DNA from: Deltaproteobacteria bacterium
GTDB taxonomy: Bacteria; Desulfobacterota; Desulfobacteria; Desulfobacterales; JAHEIW01
Reading direction: 5' to 3'
Assembly: GCA_024639185.1 (NCBI GenBank)
Contig: JAHEIW010000005.1
Location: 12,121-76,120 of the forward strand
DNA length: 64,000 nt
In this document: in pieces, positions 9,013 through 19,085 of the stretch
Numbering within the stretch: position 1 is the first letter of the stretch
How the letters are laid out: every line of letters starts with the position of its first letter
Translations under genes and position numbers: made by a program
The notes under the pieces: model-generated
Told to the model about the DNA's origin: nothing
Seen by the model: the letters and a program-made list of their open reading frames with translations, nothing else
Database searches by the model: none

Positions 9013-10172
9013 AGATGATTCGCGATTAGCGTCGTCAAGTCTTGAATCTCAAGGTTGAGACTATCCTCCAGCTGTGGATCCTGCTGGGCACAACGAAAAT
9101 GAATCTGGCATTTAACACAACTTGTGATCATTCGGCGGACACCTGTTCGTGACGCTTCCTTTAACCGCTCGATCTGGATATTCTTGCTGACCTGTCCACA
9201 AGACGTCCACCCGGTGGTGCCGCAGCACAGGCTGGCATTGCGGACCCGTTCCATTTCCCTCAAATCCAATCCCAGAGCCGCCAATAACAATCGCGGTTCA
9301 TCGTAGATATCAAGATAGCGACCCAACCGGCAGGGGTCATGGTAGGTGACACGCTGCTGATTTTCCGCCGCCAGAACAAGATGCCCATCAGCAACGGCCT
9401 GCGCCAAATATTGGGTCAGGTGAAATACCGCCATGCCATGGTCCGCGACCCGTTTGGGGTATTCCCGGGCGAGCATAAGGGCGCATTCCGGACAGGTGGT
9501 CAGAATGATTTTAGCACCGGTGGCGCTGAGGTGTTCAAGATTGCGTTTGGCCAGAACCTGAAATGTCTGCATATCCCCTTCCCATAGCTGATCGTGACCG
9601 CAGCAACGCTCGTCAGCCATAACCTGAGGCGCGATCCCCAGATGGTTCAAAATTTTTACTGCGGCCCTGGCAATGTCGATGCCCTCTATATCCAAATGCT
9701 TGAATAAGGTATCATAGTAAGGCAAACATCCGGTAAAATACACAATCTCCGAAGAATTAGATATCTGAAGTTCTGGTGTGATCCAATCCAGGCGATGTTG
9801 TTCGAGCCCCGCTTCGGTCATCATTTTACCCCAGTTTTGAATAGCGGCTCCATGGGTGCATTCACCGGTTTGTCCGCATCCTCTGGCCAGGGTTCTGGCC
9901 TTCTGTATGAATTCGGAAAAATAGACATCCGATGGACACAGCAAACTGCATCGCTGACATGTCAGGCAGGACCAAAACAACGGATCTTGCATGATCTCCT
10001 CGGGCTGACCATCGATAGCCTTCTCCACCAGTAATCGCGGGCTGCTATAGGAACGGGTTTCCCAACGGGTGATCGGGCATACGGCACTACACTTACCACA
10101 TTCCTGGCAATACCATGCCCGACATTGTTGGATAATGTCTTTTATTCTATCCATGCTGCTACCCGTCTCCAT
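9009..10172 (-). CDS. HdrD-like iron-sulfur protein (2x[4Fe-4S] plus two CCG cysteine-rich domains)
   Basis: 387 aa. CQECGKCSAVCP and CLTCQRCSLLCP ferredoxin motifs, followed by CCG-type repeats (FTGC, ERCCGH, TTCPEC; HDPC, LCCG, TSCVKC). Overlaps the upstream giant Hdr gene by 14 nt. Confidence 0.8.
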   Translation of the reverse strand: METGSSMDRIKDIIQQCRAWYCQECGKCSAVCPITRWETRSYSSPRLLVEKAIDGQPEEIMQDPLFWSCLTCQRCSLLCPSDVYFSEFIQKARTLARGCGQTGECTHGAAIQNWGKMMTEAGLEQHRLDWITPELQISNSSEIVYFTGCLPYYDTLFKHLDIEGIDIARAAVKILNHLGIAPQVMADERCCGHDQLWEGDMQTFQVLAKRNLEHLSATGAKIILTTCPECALMLAREYPKRVADHGMAVFHLTQYLAQAVADGHLVLAAENQQRVTYHDPCRLGRYLDIYDEPRLLLAALGLDLREMERVRNASLCCGTTGWTSCGQVSKNIQIERLKEASRTGVRRMITSCVKCQIHFRCAQQDPQLEDSLNLEIQDLTTLIANHL

Positions 10173-13100
10173 TCAGACCATCCATAAAGAGTTGTATTTT
10201 TGACACCCAGGATTCTGCGCAGTCGGTCGCGATTCGATCCATGACAAGGCATTTATTTGAATGTCCCAACAGCTGCATTAAGCGGCTGGTCAAATCAAAT
10301 GTTTTTTGAGCACGCAGGTAGCCAAATGTATAATGGCATTCATCCGGCGCGCACCCCAGCAGCAAAACGCCGTCGGCACCCAGATGAAAGGCGTTAAGAA
10401 GGATCCCCGCACTCAAGCGACCCAGGCACATGACTTTTAAGGGATAAACCCAGGGTGTGTAGGATGCATGCTGGCGGCCCGCGGCTTCAAGCCCCCGGAA
10501 GGCATTCCAATTACATGTAAAAACGACTGCCTTCTGCCTGGCATTCATATCATCTGCTTTAAGGACCGCTGCAAGCATGGCTCCCAGCTGTTCATCCGTC
10601 GCATAGCCCGCTGTGATAGCTCCGGAAGGACATTGTGCGGCACAGCTGGCGCAGCCCGAACAGATCATCGGATCAATCCAGGAGTGACGCTGCGGTTCTT
10701 CTCCAATCAGTTGCGGCGCACCCAAGTCACATATATCGATACATGTTTTACAGGCCCGGCAGCGGTGCGGATCGACCGAGGCTGCCATGGGCTTGGGCTG
10801 TTCGGTCAGCTGATGCAACCAACCGGTCACCTTGACGGCTGCAGCCGCTCCGCTCGATCGGCCATTTAGCGGGTCACAGAAAAAAACGCCCGGCAACAGC
10901 GTCTCAACATCCGGTGGCATCGTTTTGAGGCGCTCGAATTCAACTGATGTCGCAAATGCATTGCACAACAGCTCCGTCTCGACCGCGTCCTGCGGTGCCA
11001 GCACGACAGCTGTTGCTCGCTGGACCGTCAATGGATTCGAAACCGCATATTGCCCATCGACACGCCTGATTTGATGGGGCAACTGCTCGGCGGCGCGGGT
11101 GACAATATGCCGGTCATTGAGTATATTCTGACACATCCGTGCCGCTGCGCTGTTGCCCACAATCAACACGGACCGTTCAGCGTCCATCGATCGGATCGCT
11201 TGGGGGGACGCCATCTTCAACTTGACAGCAGCGGCTGCAATCAACATATCTGCCTTGGCGGTCGCGGCCGCCGGGTCATCAGCATGCACCCAGGCACAAT
11301 GCTCGCGGATATTCACAAATTCCCATATCAGATTGGACGAATTCCCAGCTGACAGGCGATCTTTTGGAATGCGTGAACCGTGAGTGCCGGTCGCAAACAG
11401 ACCCAGGTTATCTTTGCAGCGAACCCGCTGATAGGTACAACTGAAGCAAACCTGGTCCAGTGAACAGCAGCTGCAGGCAGCTAAAAGCACCCGCTTCAGA
11501 CCGTGATCCAGCACTGCATTATCAATGAATTCAGCTGCTTCCGGCAAACAGGCCTGGGGAATTACAGCAGCATGAATGACGCCGGGAAGACCAGCTGATT
11601 GCTGGCACAACGCATCCGTATCGACGACCCGAGCGATGTGATCGCCACACTGGCAAATAAACACACCCATGCGCGCAGGGCTTCCCGGATACGCTCCCAT
11701 CTGAGTAGATGAGGCCGCAAAATGCCGCTCGGCGCGTGTATGGTGCATGGCGTGGGCAGCCGCAACAGAGCCTGCAAATGTCTCTTGGGGTGATACGTGA
11801 TAAATGCCAGGTCCTTCTTGCAGCTCTAATTGCGCAAATGTTGTCGGACCGCCGGCCAGAATAATGGCACCCATTTCGAAGTCGACGATTTTTTCACGCT
11901 CAGCATGGTTAACCGCTCCTGCTTTGCAAGCCGCGATACAGGCCATACATTCACTGCAAGGACCACAGGCCAGGCAGCGTTGGGCTTCGGCAATTGCCTG
12001 TTCTTCTGAATAGCCCAACTCCACCTCGCAAAAACTGCTTAAACTTTCCGCCTGTGACAGGACCGGCACGGATATCCGCGGCTTGGGGACCAGCTCTGCT
12101 GCGGTCATGGGCCGCTCTGAAATTGACATCTGAACGGTATTCTGTGTGTGACCGTTTGGCGATTGGCCATTGATACCGTCATTGGCGTTGGTTTCATCCG
12201 ACCGCTGGTTGAGGCGAACCGCTTTTAAATCGCACTGCTCAAGATACCGATCGATGCTTTCAGCAGCCTGTTTACCGCTGGCAATGGCCTCTATGACTGT
12301 TTGGGGTCCGTAAAGCGCATCGCCGCCGGCAAATACCCATGGTATGCTCGTTTGCAGCGTTTCCGGATCAGTCTGGATGCCTCCCTGGGGTGACCGCATA
12401 ATGTTCTCTGCTTCTAAAAAGTTCATTTCAGCGCGTTGGCCGATGGCAATCATTACGGCTTCCGCTTCCAGGGTATTGATTTCATTTTCATCATACTGGG
12501 GATTAAAATTGCACTGATCATCAATAACGCATGTGCACCGTTTGAATTCAATTCCGGTAAATTCGTTGTTTTTGCTCAGGAAGCGATGCGGCCCAAAACA
12601 ATTGACAATTCTTATACCGGCTTCCAGTGCCTCTTTAATCTCGTCATCGCGCGCCGGCATTTCTTCGCGGGTTTCAAGACAAACGATGGTAACCGCTTTT
12701 GATCCCAGGCGTCTGGCAGTCAGAGCCACATCGACGGCCACATTACCCCCCCCAACAACGATAAGTTTTTCAGCTGTCGACACCTTTTTGCCCAGCGCAA
12801 CATCACGCAGAAAAGACACCCCATCAAAGACGCCGGATAGGTTTTCTCCGACAACCCCGAGTCTGCGGCTGCCGTGCAACCCGGTGGCCAGAAAAAGCGC
12901 TGAATATCCCTTTGATCTCAGCGTCTGGAGATTAATGTCTTTGCCAAAAGCAATCCCTGTCTTGATGTTAACGCCCATTTCCGCGATGGCATTGATTTCC
13001 GCTTTCAGAATATCCCTGGGAAGACGATAAGATGGGATGCCCACCGCCATCATACCACCGGCAACCGGGAGCTTTTCAAAAACCGTCACCTTATAATTTT

Positions 13101-13866
13101 TAAGCGCCAGATCATGCGCTGCTGTCAGACCAGCCGGGCCTGCGCCAACTATTGCTATCCGTTTGGCCCCGACAGCTTGCGATGGTATTTTAGATTTTTT
13201 ACGCTTTGACGTGTTGCCCTTTTTGAGTTCCCAATCGGCAATAAACCGTTTAAGCTGCCGAATGGCCACCGGCTCGTCTACTTCTTTACGACGGCAATTG
13301 ATTTCGCAGGGATGGGTGCATATCCTGCCGCAGATGCCCGGAAAAGGAATGGCTTCCCGCACCAGATCCAGTGCTTCTTGAAAACGCCCTTGCGCGATAA
13401 GCGCCACATAGCCCTGGACATGGATACCCGCCGGGCAGGCATGCGAGCAAGGCGCTAGGCCCAATTTATCGATAACGGCAGACTGGGGCTGAAGGCCATC
13501 TTTAAGGTAGATGGCTTTGTGATCATTTCCAGGCACCTGCACCGGACAGGCCTCGAGACAGTCCCCGCAGTTCGTGCATCGGTTTAAATCGATATATCGC
13601 GGCCGCATCTGAAGACGGACCTTGAAAACATCTCTGATTTTCTCAGCACTTTTTAACGCAGTGTGGGTCAATAGGTGAATACGGGAATGTTTGGCGACCT
13701 TTAGGGCGTGAGCACTCGAAATATTATCGGGGGGCTTGCCGACCGGATCGTCCCCAATGAAAGGTGAAATGTCTGTCAAAAGGACTTCAACACCGGCTTC
13801 GGCCAGATCAAGGGCTGCCTGGAGCCCTGCGGGGCTTCCGCCAATAATAAGGACGCCTGGGTTCAC
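10159..13866 (-). CDS. giant HdrA / GltD(NfnB)-like NAD(P)H oxidoreductase / MvhD fusion protein (HdrL-like)
   Basis: 1235 aa. N-terminal GxGxxG FAD fold plus ferredoxin CTNCGDCLEACP. Central GltD-like block (IAIVGAGPAGLTAAHDL, VVGGGNVAVDVA, FAGGDA). A second HdrA-like part (FICQCG, NIREHCAW). C-terminal MvhD motif (FTCNWNAF...GCAPDECHY). Confidence 0.8.
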   Translation of the reverse strand: MNPGVLIIGGSPAGLQAALDLAEAGVEVLLTDISPFIGDDPVGKPPDNISSAHALKVAKHSRIHLLTHTALKSAEKIRDVFKVRLQMRPRYIDLNRCTNCGDCLEACPVQVPGNDHKAIYLKDGLQPQSAVIDKLGLAPCSHACPAGIHVQGYVALIAQGRFQEALDLVREAIPFPGICGRICTHPCEINCRRKEVDEPVAIRQLKRFIADWELKKGNTSKRKKSKIPSQAVGAKRIAIVGAGPAGLTAAHDLALKNYKVTVFEKLPVAGGMMAVGIPSYRLPRDILKAEINAIAEMGVNIKTGIAFGKDINLQTLRSKGYSALFLATGLHGSRRLGVVGENLSGVFDGVSFLRDVALGKKVSTAEKLIVVGGGNVAVDVALTARRLGSKAVTIVCLETREEMPARDDEIKEALEAGIRIVNCFGPHRFLSKNNEFTGIEFKRCTCVIDDQCNFNPQYDENEINTLEAEAVMIAIGQRAEMNFLEAENIMRSPQGGIQTDPETLQTSIPWVFAGGDALYGPQTVIEAIASGKQAAESIDRYLEQCDLKAVRLNQRSDETNANDGINGQSPNGHTQNTVQMSISERPMTAAELVPKPRISVPVLSQAESLSSFCEVELGYSEEQAIAEAQRCLACGPCSECMACIAACKAGAVNHAEREKIVDFEMGAIILAGGPTTFAQLELQEGPGIYHVSPQETFAGSVAAAHAMHHTRAERHFAASSTQMGAYPGSPARMGVFICQCGDHIARVVDTDALCQQSAGLPGVIHAAVIPQACLPEAAEFIDNAVLDHGLKRVLLAACSCCSLDQVCFSCTYQRVRCKDNLGLFATGTHGSRIPKDRLSAGNSSNLIWEFVNIREHCAWVHADDPAAATAKADMLIAAAAVKLKMASPQAIRSMDAERSVLIVGNSAAARMCQNILNDRHIVTRAAEQLPHQIRRVDGQYAVSNPLTVQRATAVVLAPQDAVETELLCNAFATSVEFERLKTMPPDVETLLPGVFFCDPLNGRSSGAAAAVKVTGWLHQLTEQPKPMAASVDPHRCRACKTCIDICDLGAPQLIGEEPQRHSWIDPMICSGCASCAAQCPSGAITAGYATDEQLGAMLAAVLKADDMNARQKAVVFTCNWNAFRGLEAAGRQHASYTPWVYPLKVMCLGRLSAGILLNAFHLGADGVLLLGCAPDECHYTFGYLRAQKTFDLTSRLMQLLGHSNKCLVMDRIATDCAESWVSKIQLFMDGLNGDG

Positions 13867-13899
13867 AGAAGCTTTCCTCCTTGGTCATGGCTTCCGGAC

Positions 13900-15474
13900 C
13901 TACAACGTGTTGTTGACTTGGTAGCGCAAACCTTTTTTGAAACCGGCCTCAAAAGCGCTTAAATTGACCTCTACGGTCTTGGGAGGCACGGCTTTGGCCA
14001 CAGATTGCTGCATGGCTGATTTGCTGACCGCTCCGATGATAGCTGTCCAGAGCCCCAGCATAACGGTATTGGCCGCCCGGGAATTTCCCAATTCTTCCGC
14101 AATTTGGGTAGCTGAAATCCCATAGGTTTTCAGATCCTGGCGCTGATCTGGGGATAAAGTTACCAGTCCGTCGTCAATTAACAGGGTTGCGCCGGTAGCC
14201 ATTTTGGGAACGTACTTGGTATAAGCCTCCTGGGACATAATTATCGCGTTTGTGGGTTCAATCAGATGCGGATGATGAATCGGATCGCTGGCGATAACAA
14301 CTTGAGAGCCGGCCGCACCGCCCCTTGCCTCCGGGCCATAGCTCTGCGTAAAGCAGGCCTCCAACTTGTCATAAATCGCTGCAGCCTGGCCGATAATTCG
14401 ACCGGCACTGACGATGCCCTGACCCCCAAATCCACCCAGCTGAACTTCAGTTCGGAAAATAATATCGGTCCGTTGCGGTATTTGAGATCGTTCATTCAGC
14501 ATCTTTTTTGCTGCTTGCCAGCGTTCCCTGGCAACCTGGGCTTGTTCGTCAATAGCGCTCTGAAAATCCGGTTTGGGTTCGTTACTAAAAACACCTTCAA
14601 CGATTTCAACAATAGCGCCCTCTTTATCGACTTTAATGGCGGCATCTTTGGGGTGCGTACCGTGGGCGACCTTCCCAATATTTTGGTAATGTTTCATGAG
14701 CTCCAAACCCCGTCGCCTGAGTTTCTCAGGATCCAATCCGCGACCTTCTGGGTTCCAACGGGCATAAGATGTGGAACACGGCGCAATCACTTCAACAAAG
14801 CTATATCCGGGATACATCATCGCCTCGCGCAACGTCCACTCCAGTCGCCGGGCATGAATGACGGTCCAACGAGCCAAAAAAGAAGCCCCACTAGCAGCCG
14901 CCAGGTAGGGCAGATTAAATGGATACTCAAAATTGCCATACTGGGTGGTAACGGCCTTGGCACCGTGCGGCGTCGTCGGTCCCACCTGACCACCGGTCAT
15001 GCCGTAGTTAAAATTGTTGACGCAAATCACGGTAATGTCCAGGTTTCGTCGGGCGGCATGGATGAAATGATTGCCGCCGATACCGGCGATATCGCCATCC
15101 CCGGACATAACGACAACTTTCAACTCGGGATTGGCCAGTTTAAGACCGGTTGCAAATGGAATGGCCCGTCCATGGGTTGTATGAAAGGAATCCAGGCGAA
15201 CGTACCCGGCAATACGACCGGTGCAGCCGATGCCCGATACCACAGAGACCTTGTCCAGATCCCAGCCCTGTTCCGCTTCGAGCCATTGGAGAGCGCCAAT
15301 AAAAGTCGTCAGAGCTGTACCGAGCCCGCAGCCCTGACACCAAATGTGCGGCAATCGCTCTCCCCTTAACAGCCCATCCATGGGATGCTGCCCGGTAATC
15401 CAGTCGCTATCGCCTACAGATTCGGTTCCGAAGTGTTCAAATTGACCCGCATCGGTTATGTCAAAATCAGCCAT
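13900..15474 (-). CDS. 2-oxoacid:ferredoxin oxidoreductase, fused beta-gamma subunit (OFOR set 2)
   Basis: 524 aa. WCQGCGLG and GDGD..IGGNHFIHAARRN (beta) are followed by GGFGGQGIVSAGRIIGQAA (gamma). Confidence 0.85.
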   Translation of the reverse strand: MADFDITDAGQFEHFGTESVGDSDWITGQHPMDGLLRGERLPHIWCQGCGLGTALTTFIGALQWLEAEQGWDLDKVSVVSGIGCTGRIAGYVRLDSFHTTHGRAIPFATGLKLANPELKVVVMSGDGDIAGIGGNHFIHAARRNLDITVICVNNFNYGMTGGQVGPTTPHGAKAVTTQYGNFEYPFNLPYLAAASGASFLARWTVIHARRLEWTLREAMMYPGYSFVEVIAPCSTSYARWNPEGRGLDPEKLRRRGLELMKHYQNIGKVAHGTHPKDAAIKVDKEGAIVEIVEGVFSNEPKPDFQSAIDEQAQVARERWQAAKKMLNERSQIPQRTDIIFRTEVQLGGFGGQGIVSAGRIIGQAAAIYDKLEACFTQSYGPEARGGAAGSQVVIASDPIHHPHLIEPTNAIIMSQEAYTKYVPKMATGATLLIDDGLVTLSPDQRQDLKTYGISATQIAEELGNSRAANTVMLGLWTAIIGAVSKSAMQQSVAKAVPPKTVEVNLSAFEAGFKKGLRYQVNNTL

Positions 15475-15498
15475 GAGGTCGTCTCTCTTTCGAAAGGC

Positions 15499-16713
15499 TT
15501 AGCACTTATCTGCTTTGGTTGTATCCGGTTTACCTGCAGCCGCGCGCAAGGCGCTCAGAACCTGCTGCGGTTCTAAAATGTCTCCTCCCAATCGATTCAC
15601 TCCGATGACTTGTGCCTGGCCGGCCGCACATCTTTCCACTTCAAGCAAAATTTGGCCGGCGTTAATTTCTGGCACTACAAACGCTCGGATTTTTTTTGCC
15701 AATGCCTTAATCTGCTCCGCCGGAAACGGCCATACGGTGATGAGCCGCAGGTAGCCGATACGGATACCTTCCTTCCGAGCCTGCTCGATAGGCCACAAGG
15801 ACGTACGCGCCGATATGCCGTAGGATACAACCACGATCTCAGCATCTCTCAAATAGCGTTCTTCTACCTGAATAATTTCATCACGATGCAAACGAATTTT
15901 TTTTACCAGTCGCTTGATGTTCCATTCACTGGCTTCGGCATTCATAGCCGGATATCCGCGCTCGTCATGCGTCAAACCGGTAATATGGAAACGAAATCCC
16001 TCACCGGCTACAGCCATGGGTGCGACTTGGCCATCGTCGCCGGTTTCAGGATCGCGAAAGATTCGAAAATGATCTGGCTCCACGTCTCCTTTTCGCACCA
16101 GTGGGCGCTGGACAAGCTCAATTTCTTCGGGCGGCGGTATGATGACCCTTTCAGTCATGTGGCCTACTTCTGCGTCGGTCATGACCAAAACCGGAGTGCG
16201 AAACTTCTCGGCTAAGTTAAAGGCGCGTATGGTCAGATCGAAAAGCTCTTGAGGGGAGTTGGGTGATAAGGCAATGATTTCATAATCGCCGTGGGAACCC
16301 CAACGGGCCTGCATCATATCTTGCTGCCCCACCAGGGTGGGTAATCCGGTGGAAGGCCCTCCCCGCTGTACATTGACCAGCACACATGGGGTTTCCAGCA
16401 TAATCCCCAATCCAAGATTCTCCATCATTAAAGAAAATCCGGGCCCACTGGTAGAGGTCATTGATTTGGCGCCTGACCATGAAGCGCCCAATATAGCGTT
16501 CATCGAGGCGAGCTCATCTTCCATTTGAATGTAAATGCCGCCGACCTGCGGTAATCGTGTAGACATCCGTTCCGCGACCTCGGTGGCGGGGGTAATGGGA
16601 TAACCGGCAAAAAATCGACAGCCGGCCATAATCGCGCCTTCGGCGGCGGCATAATCGCCTAACAGAAAATGCTCGCCGATTAACAGACCTTCATGTGAAT
16701 GCATGGAGTGCAT
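15499..16713 (-). CDS. 2-oxoacid:ferredoxin oxidoreductase, alpha subunit (OFOR set 2)
   Basis: 404 aa. FFAGYPITPATEV and VQRGGPSTGLPT motifs. Paralogous to 2324..3472. Confidence 0.9.
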   Translation of the reverse strand: MHSMHSHEGLLIGEHFLLGDYAAAEGAIMAGCRFFAGYPITPATEVAERMSTRLPQVGGIYIQMEDELASMNAILGASWSGAKSMTSTSGPGFSLMMENLGLGIMLETPCVLVNVQRGGPSTGLPTLVGQQDMMQARWGSHGDYEIIALSPNSPQELFDLTIRAFNLAEKFRTPVLVMTDAEVGHMTERVIIPPPEEIELVQRPLVRKGDVEPDHFRIFRDPETGDDGQVAPMAVAGEGFRFHITGLTHDERGYPAMNAEASEWNIKRLVKKIRLHRDEIIQVEERYLRDAEIVVVSYGISARTSLWPIEQARKEGIRIGYLRLITVWPFPAEQIKALAKKIRAFVVPEINAGQILLEVERCAAGQAQVIGVNRLGGDILEPQQVLSALRAAAGKPDTTKADKC

Positions 16714-16718
16714 TTGAT

Positions 16719-17009
16719 TTATGGATCTCTCTGTTCCTTGGTGATTGCGGATACCTCACTGGTTTCAACATATATGGCAAAATCCGGACAAAGCAACGTG
16801 CACAGACCGCAGTCTGAGCACGCTTCACCATCAACGACTTCAGGCGGATGATACCCTTTGGAATTGGTTCGTTTGGACATCAGCAAAACAGTGCGCGGGC
16901 AAAACTCAACGCAAAAACCACAGCCTTTGCATCGCTCTTCAATGATATGAATAATACCATGAGGAATCTGAATTTGATCCTGGTCTAACGGTTGGCGCCA
17001 AAATTTCAT
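16719..17009 (-). CDS. 4Fe-4S ferredoxin-type delta subunit (OFOR set 2)
   Basis: 96 aa. CKGCGFCVEFCP and CSDCGLCTLLCP. First gene of OFOR operon 2. Confidence 0.8.
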   Translation of the reverse strand: MKFWRQPLDQDQIQIPHGIIHIIEERCKGCGFCVEFCPRTVLLMSKRTNSKGYHPPEVVDGEACSDCGLCTLLCPDFAIYVETSEVSAITKEQRDP

Positions 17010-17281
17010 GATTGCTCCTGAAATTTTGTTGTAAGCGTCTGAGGGTTTGTTGGCATCGCCGTGTTGCCCTATCGGGCAAGGTATATGGATTTGATATCAA
17101 TAATAAGGCGATCGCCTGTATGATTTTATACCACAATTGAGTTTAAATGTCATTGCTCTTTGCAAACAAACGCGCTCCTGTTCGTGTTTTTCATGTTTAA
17201 TTTTGCGTTCGTATCTTTAAGGCTGCATAAAATTGAGGCCGCAATGGCATCCTGCTTTGACAACAACGGGTTATTTTTAAT

Positions 17282-18373
17282 ATGCTTAAGGATGGTCAAG
17301 CGCACACCGTGCTGATTGAATTCATCGAGCGGGTCAGATCCGGCAAACCGGAAGGAAATGTCATATTGAAAAAAATTCTGATACCAGCAGCCGTAATGGC
17401 CGTGTTGGGCCTAGCTGGCATAGCGACTTTTTTCCTGCATTTAAAACAGTATGCTCAAACTCCTGGCAGCCCGAAAGCCGTCGATACGGTCATCTCCATA
17501 CCCGCCGGTCAATCATTTAGCCAAACGACCACAGCCCTCGCCAAAGCCGGTATCATTCAGCATCCCTATAAATTCAAGTTAATTGCCCGTTTGAAAGGTT
17601 ATGACAAAAAGCTGCAGGCTGGCGAATATACCCTCTCCGCAACCCTGTCGCCAGCACAGATTCTGCAGAAAATGGTCGCCGGTGACGTCAGGCTGTACAG
17701 GCTGACGGTCCCGGAGGGACTCAATCTCTACCAGATTGCCGAGCTGGTGGATCAGAGCGGTTTGGCATCCAAAAACGACTTTATTGCGGCGGCAACCAGC
17801 ACCGAATTTGTACATCAACAGGGTTTGAATGCCGACACCTTCGAAGGTTACCTGTTTCCGGAAACCTATTTTTTCCCAAAGAACACACCTGTCAAAACGA
17901 TTATATCCACCATGGTCGACCGCTTTCGACAGATATTTAGTGCCAACTGGCAAAAAAGAGCCGAACAGCTGGGTTTTTCCATCCACCAAATTGTCATTCT
18001 GGCATCGATCATCGAGAAAGAAACCGGTGCCTCTTTTGAGCGCCCTTTGATTTCCTCGGTATTTCATAACCGCTTAAACAGGAAAATGCGTCTGGAATCT
18101 GATCCAACGGTTATTTATGGATTAGAAAATTTTGACGGCAACCTGAAGCGCAAACATCTTGAAACCCTCACTCCGTATAATACTTACAAACGCAGTGGCC
18201 TGCCGGCCGGCCCCATCGCCAACGCCGGCAAAGATTCACTGGAAGCTGCTCTGTATCCGGCCGACACAAAATTCATTTATTTTGTATCTAAAAAAGACCA
18301 AACCCATCAATTTTCCACAAATTTCAAAGACCATCAGCGCGCTGTCCAAAAATACCAGCTGCGGCGTCGTTAG
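17282..18373 (+). CDS. mltG: endolytic murein transglycosylase MltG (YceG-like)
   Basis: 363 aa. N-terminal TM segment, then YceG-family motifs (EGYLFPETY, ILASIIEKE, DPTVIYG, YNTY...GLPPGPI-like). Confidence 0.85.
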   Translation: MLKDGQAHTVLIEFIERVRSGKPEGNVILKKILIPAAVMAVLGLAGIATFFLHLKQYAQTPGSPKAVDTVISIPAGQSFSQTTTALAKAGIIQHPYKFKLIARLKGYDKKLQAGEYTLSATLSPAQILQKMVAGDVRLYRLTVPEGLNLYQIAELVDQSGLASKNDFIAAATSTEFVHQQGLNADTFEGYLFPETYFFPKNTPVKTIISTMVDRFRQIFSANWQKRAEQLGFSIHQIVILASIIEKETGASFERPLISSVFHNRLNRKMRLESDPTVIYGLENFDGNLKRKHLETLTPYNTYKRSGLPAGPIANAGKDSLEAALYPADTKFIYFVSKKDQTHQFSTNFKDHQRAVQKYQLRRR

Positions 18374-18547
18374 CTGAGTGCAGCCGGATATAAATTAGGT
18401 GTTTGTCGCCGCATGAGCCGCGTGCGCCCGATCGATTTAAAAACGGTCTAAAACCCATCAGCTTGACATTGTGCGCGGCAGAAGCTAGCTTATAGCAGCT
18501 TGTAATACCACCCGATACGATTTGATGGACCCGTTCAGGAGGATGAC

Positions 18548-18784
18548 ATGACACATGCAGACAAAAATCGGTTTAAGACGATCATCGATCTCGAAAAACT
18601 AAACCGCTTCAACGAGGAGGGGTGTCCGGCCTGCGGGCGAAAATTTACCCTGGGTGAACCGGTGGTGATGGCCTGCGGCGCATGGGAAGGCGAGCCTAAA
18701 TATGTACATGAAAATGAAGCTACATTTGATGCGGCTACGTCAACTTACATCGAGAATCGTTGCTATGCGTCTCGCAAAGGATAA
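18548..18784 (+). CDS. small hypothetical protein with a CPAC motif
   Basis: 78-aa ORF with a strong AGGAGGA RBS 4 nt upstream of the ATG. No family recognised. Confidence 0.5.
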   Translation: MTHADKNRFKTIIDLEKLNRFNEEGCPACGRKFTLGEPVVMACGAWEGEPKYVHENEATFDAATSTYIENRCYASRKG

Positions 18785-19085
18785 GGTGTTGCCGCCATCC
18801 CCCGTTCACTGCTAAAACTGCCGGGTCGCTCATCGTGCCTTTTGCCATCGCTATGACCCACCCTTTGAAATTTCCAAACAGAAACCGGCACAAATACTAG
18901 ACTTTACCAAAGCGGGCTGTCGCTGCCGGTTACATCTTAAGTTTTTCCCCTTACGTGCCGATATAAATCGAGTAAATCTGTGAATTTGGCCTGCGGTCTC
19001 CAGTGATTCTTTAAAAATTAAAGACCGGTGCATACGCGCTGAATTATGAACAATTACGAAAAGTTATACCAGCAAGAGGCGGAGA

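Noticed and set aside
14266-15369. 367-aa plus-strand ORF. Similar long antisense ORFs occur at 2447..3046, 10468..10869, 12533..13030, 15610..16215, 6622..7155, 21489..22103, 42730..43194 and 46469..47014.
   Set aside because: All lie entirely inside strongly recognisable genes on the other strand and have no recognisable motifs. They have skewed Arg/Ser/Pro-rich composition typical of antisense frames in GC-balanced genes.
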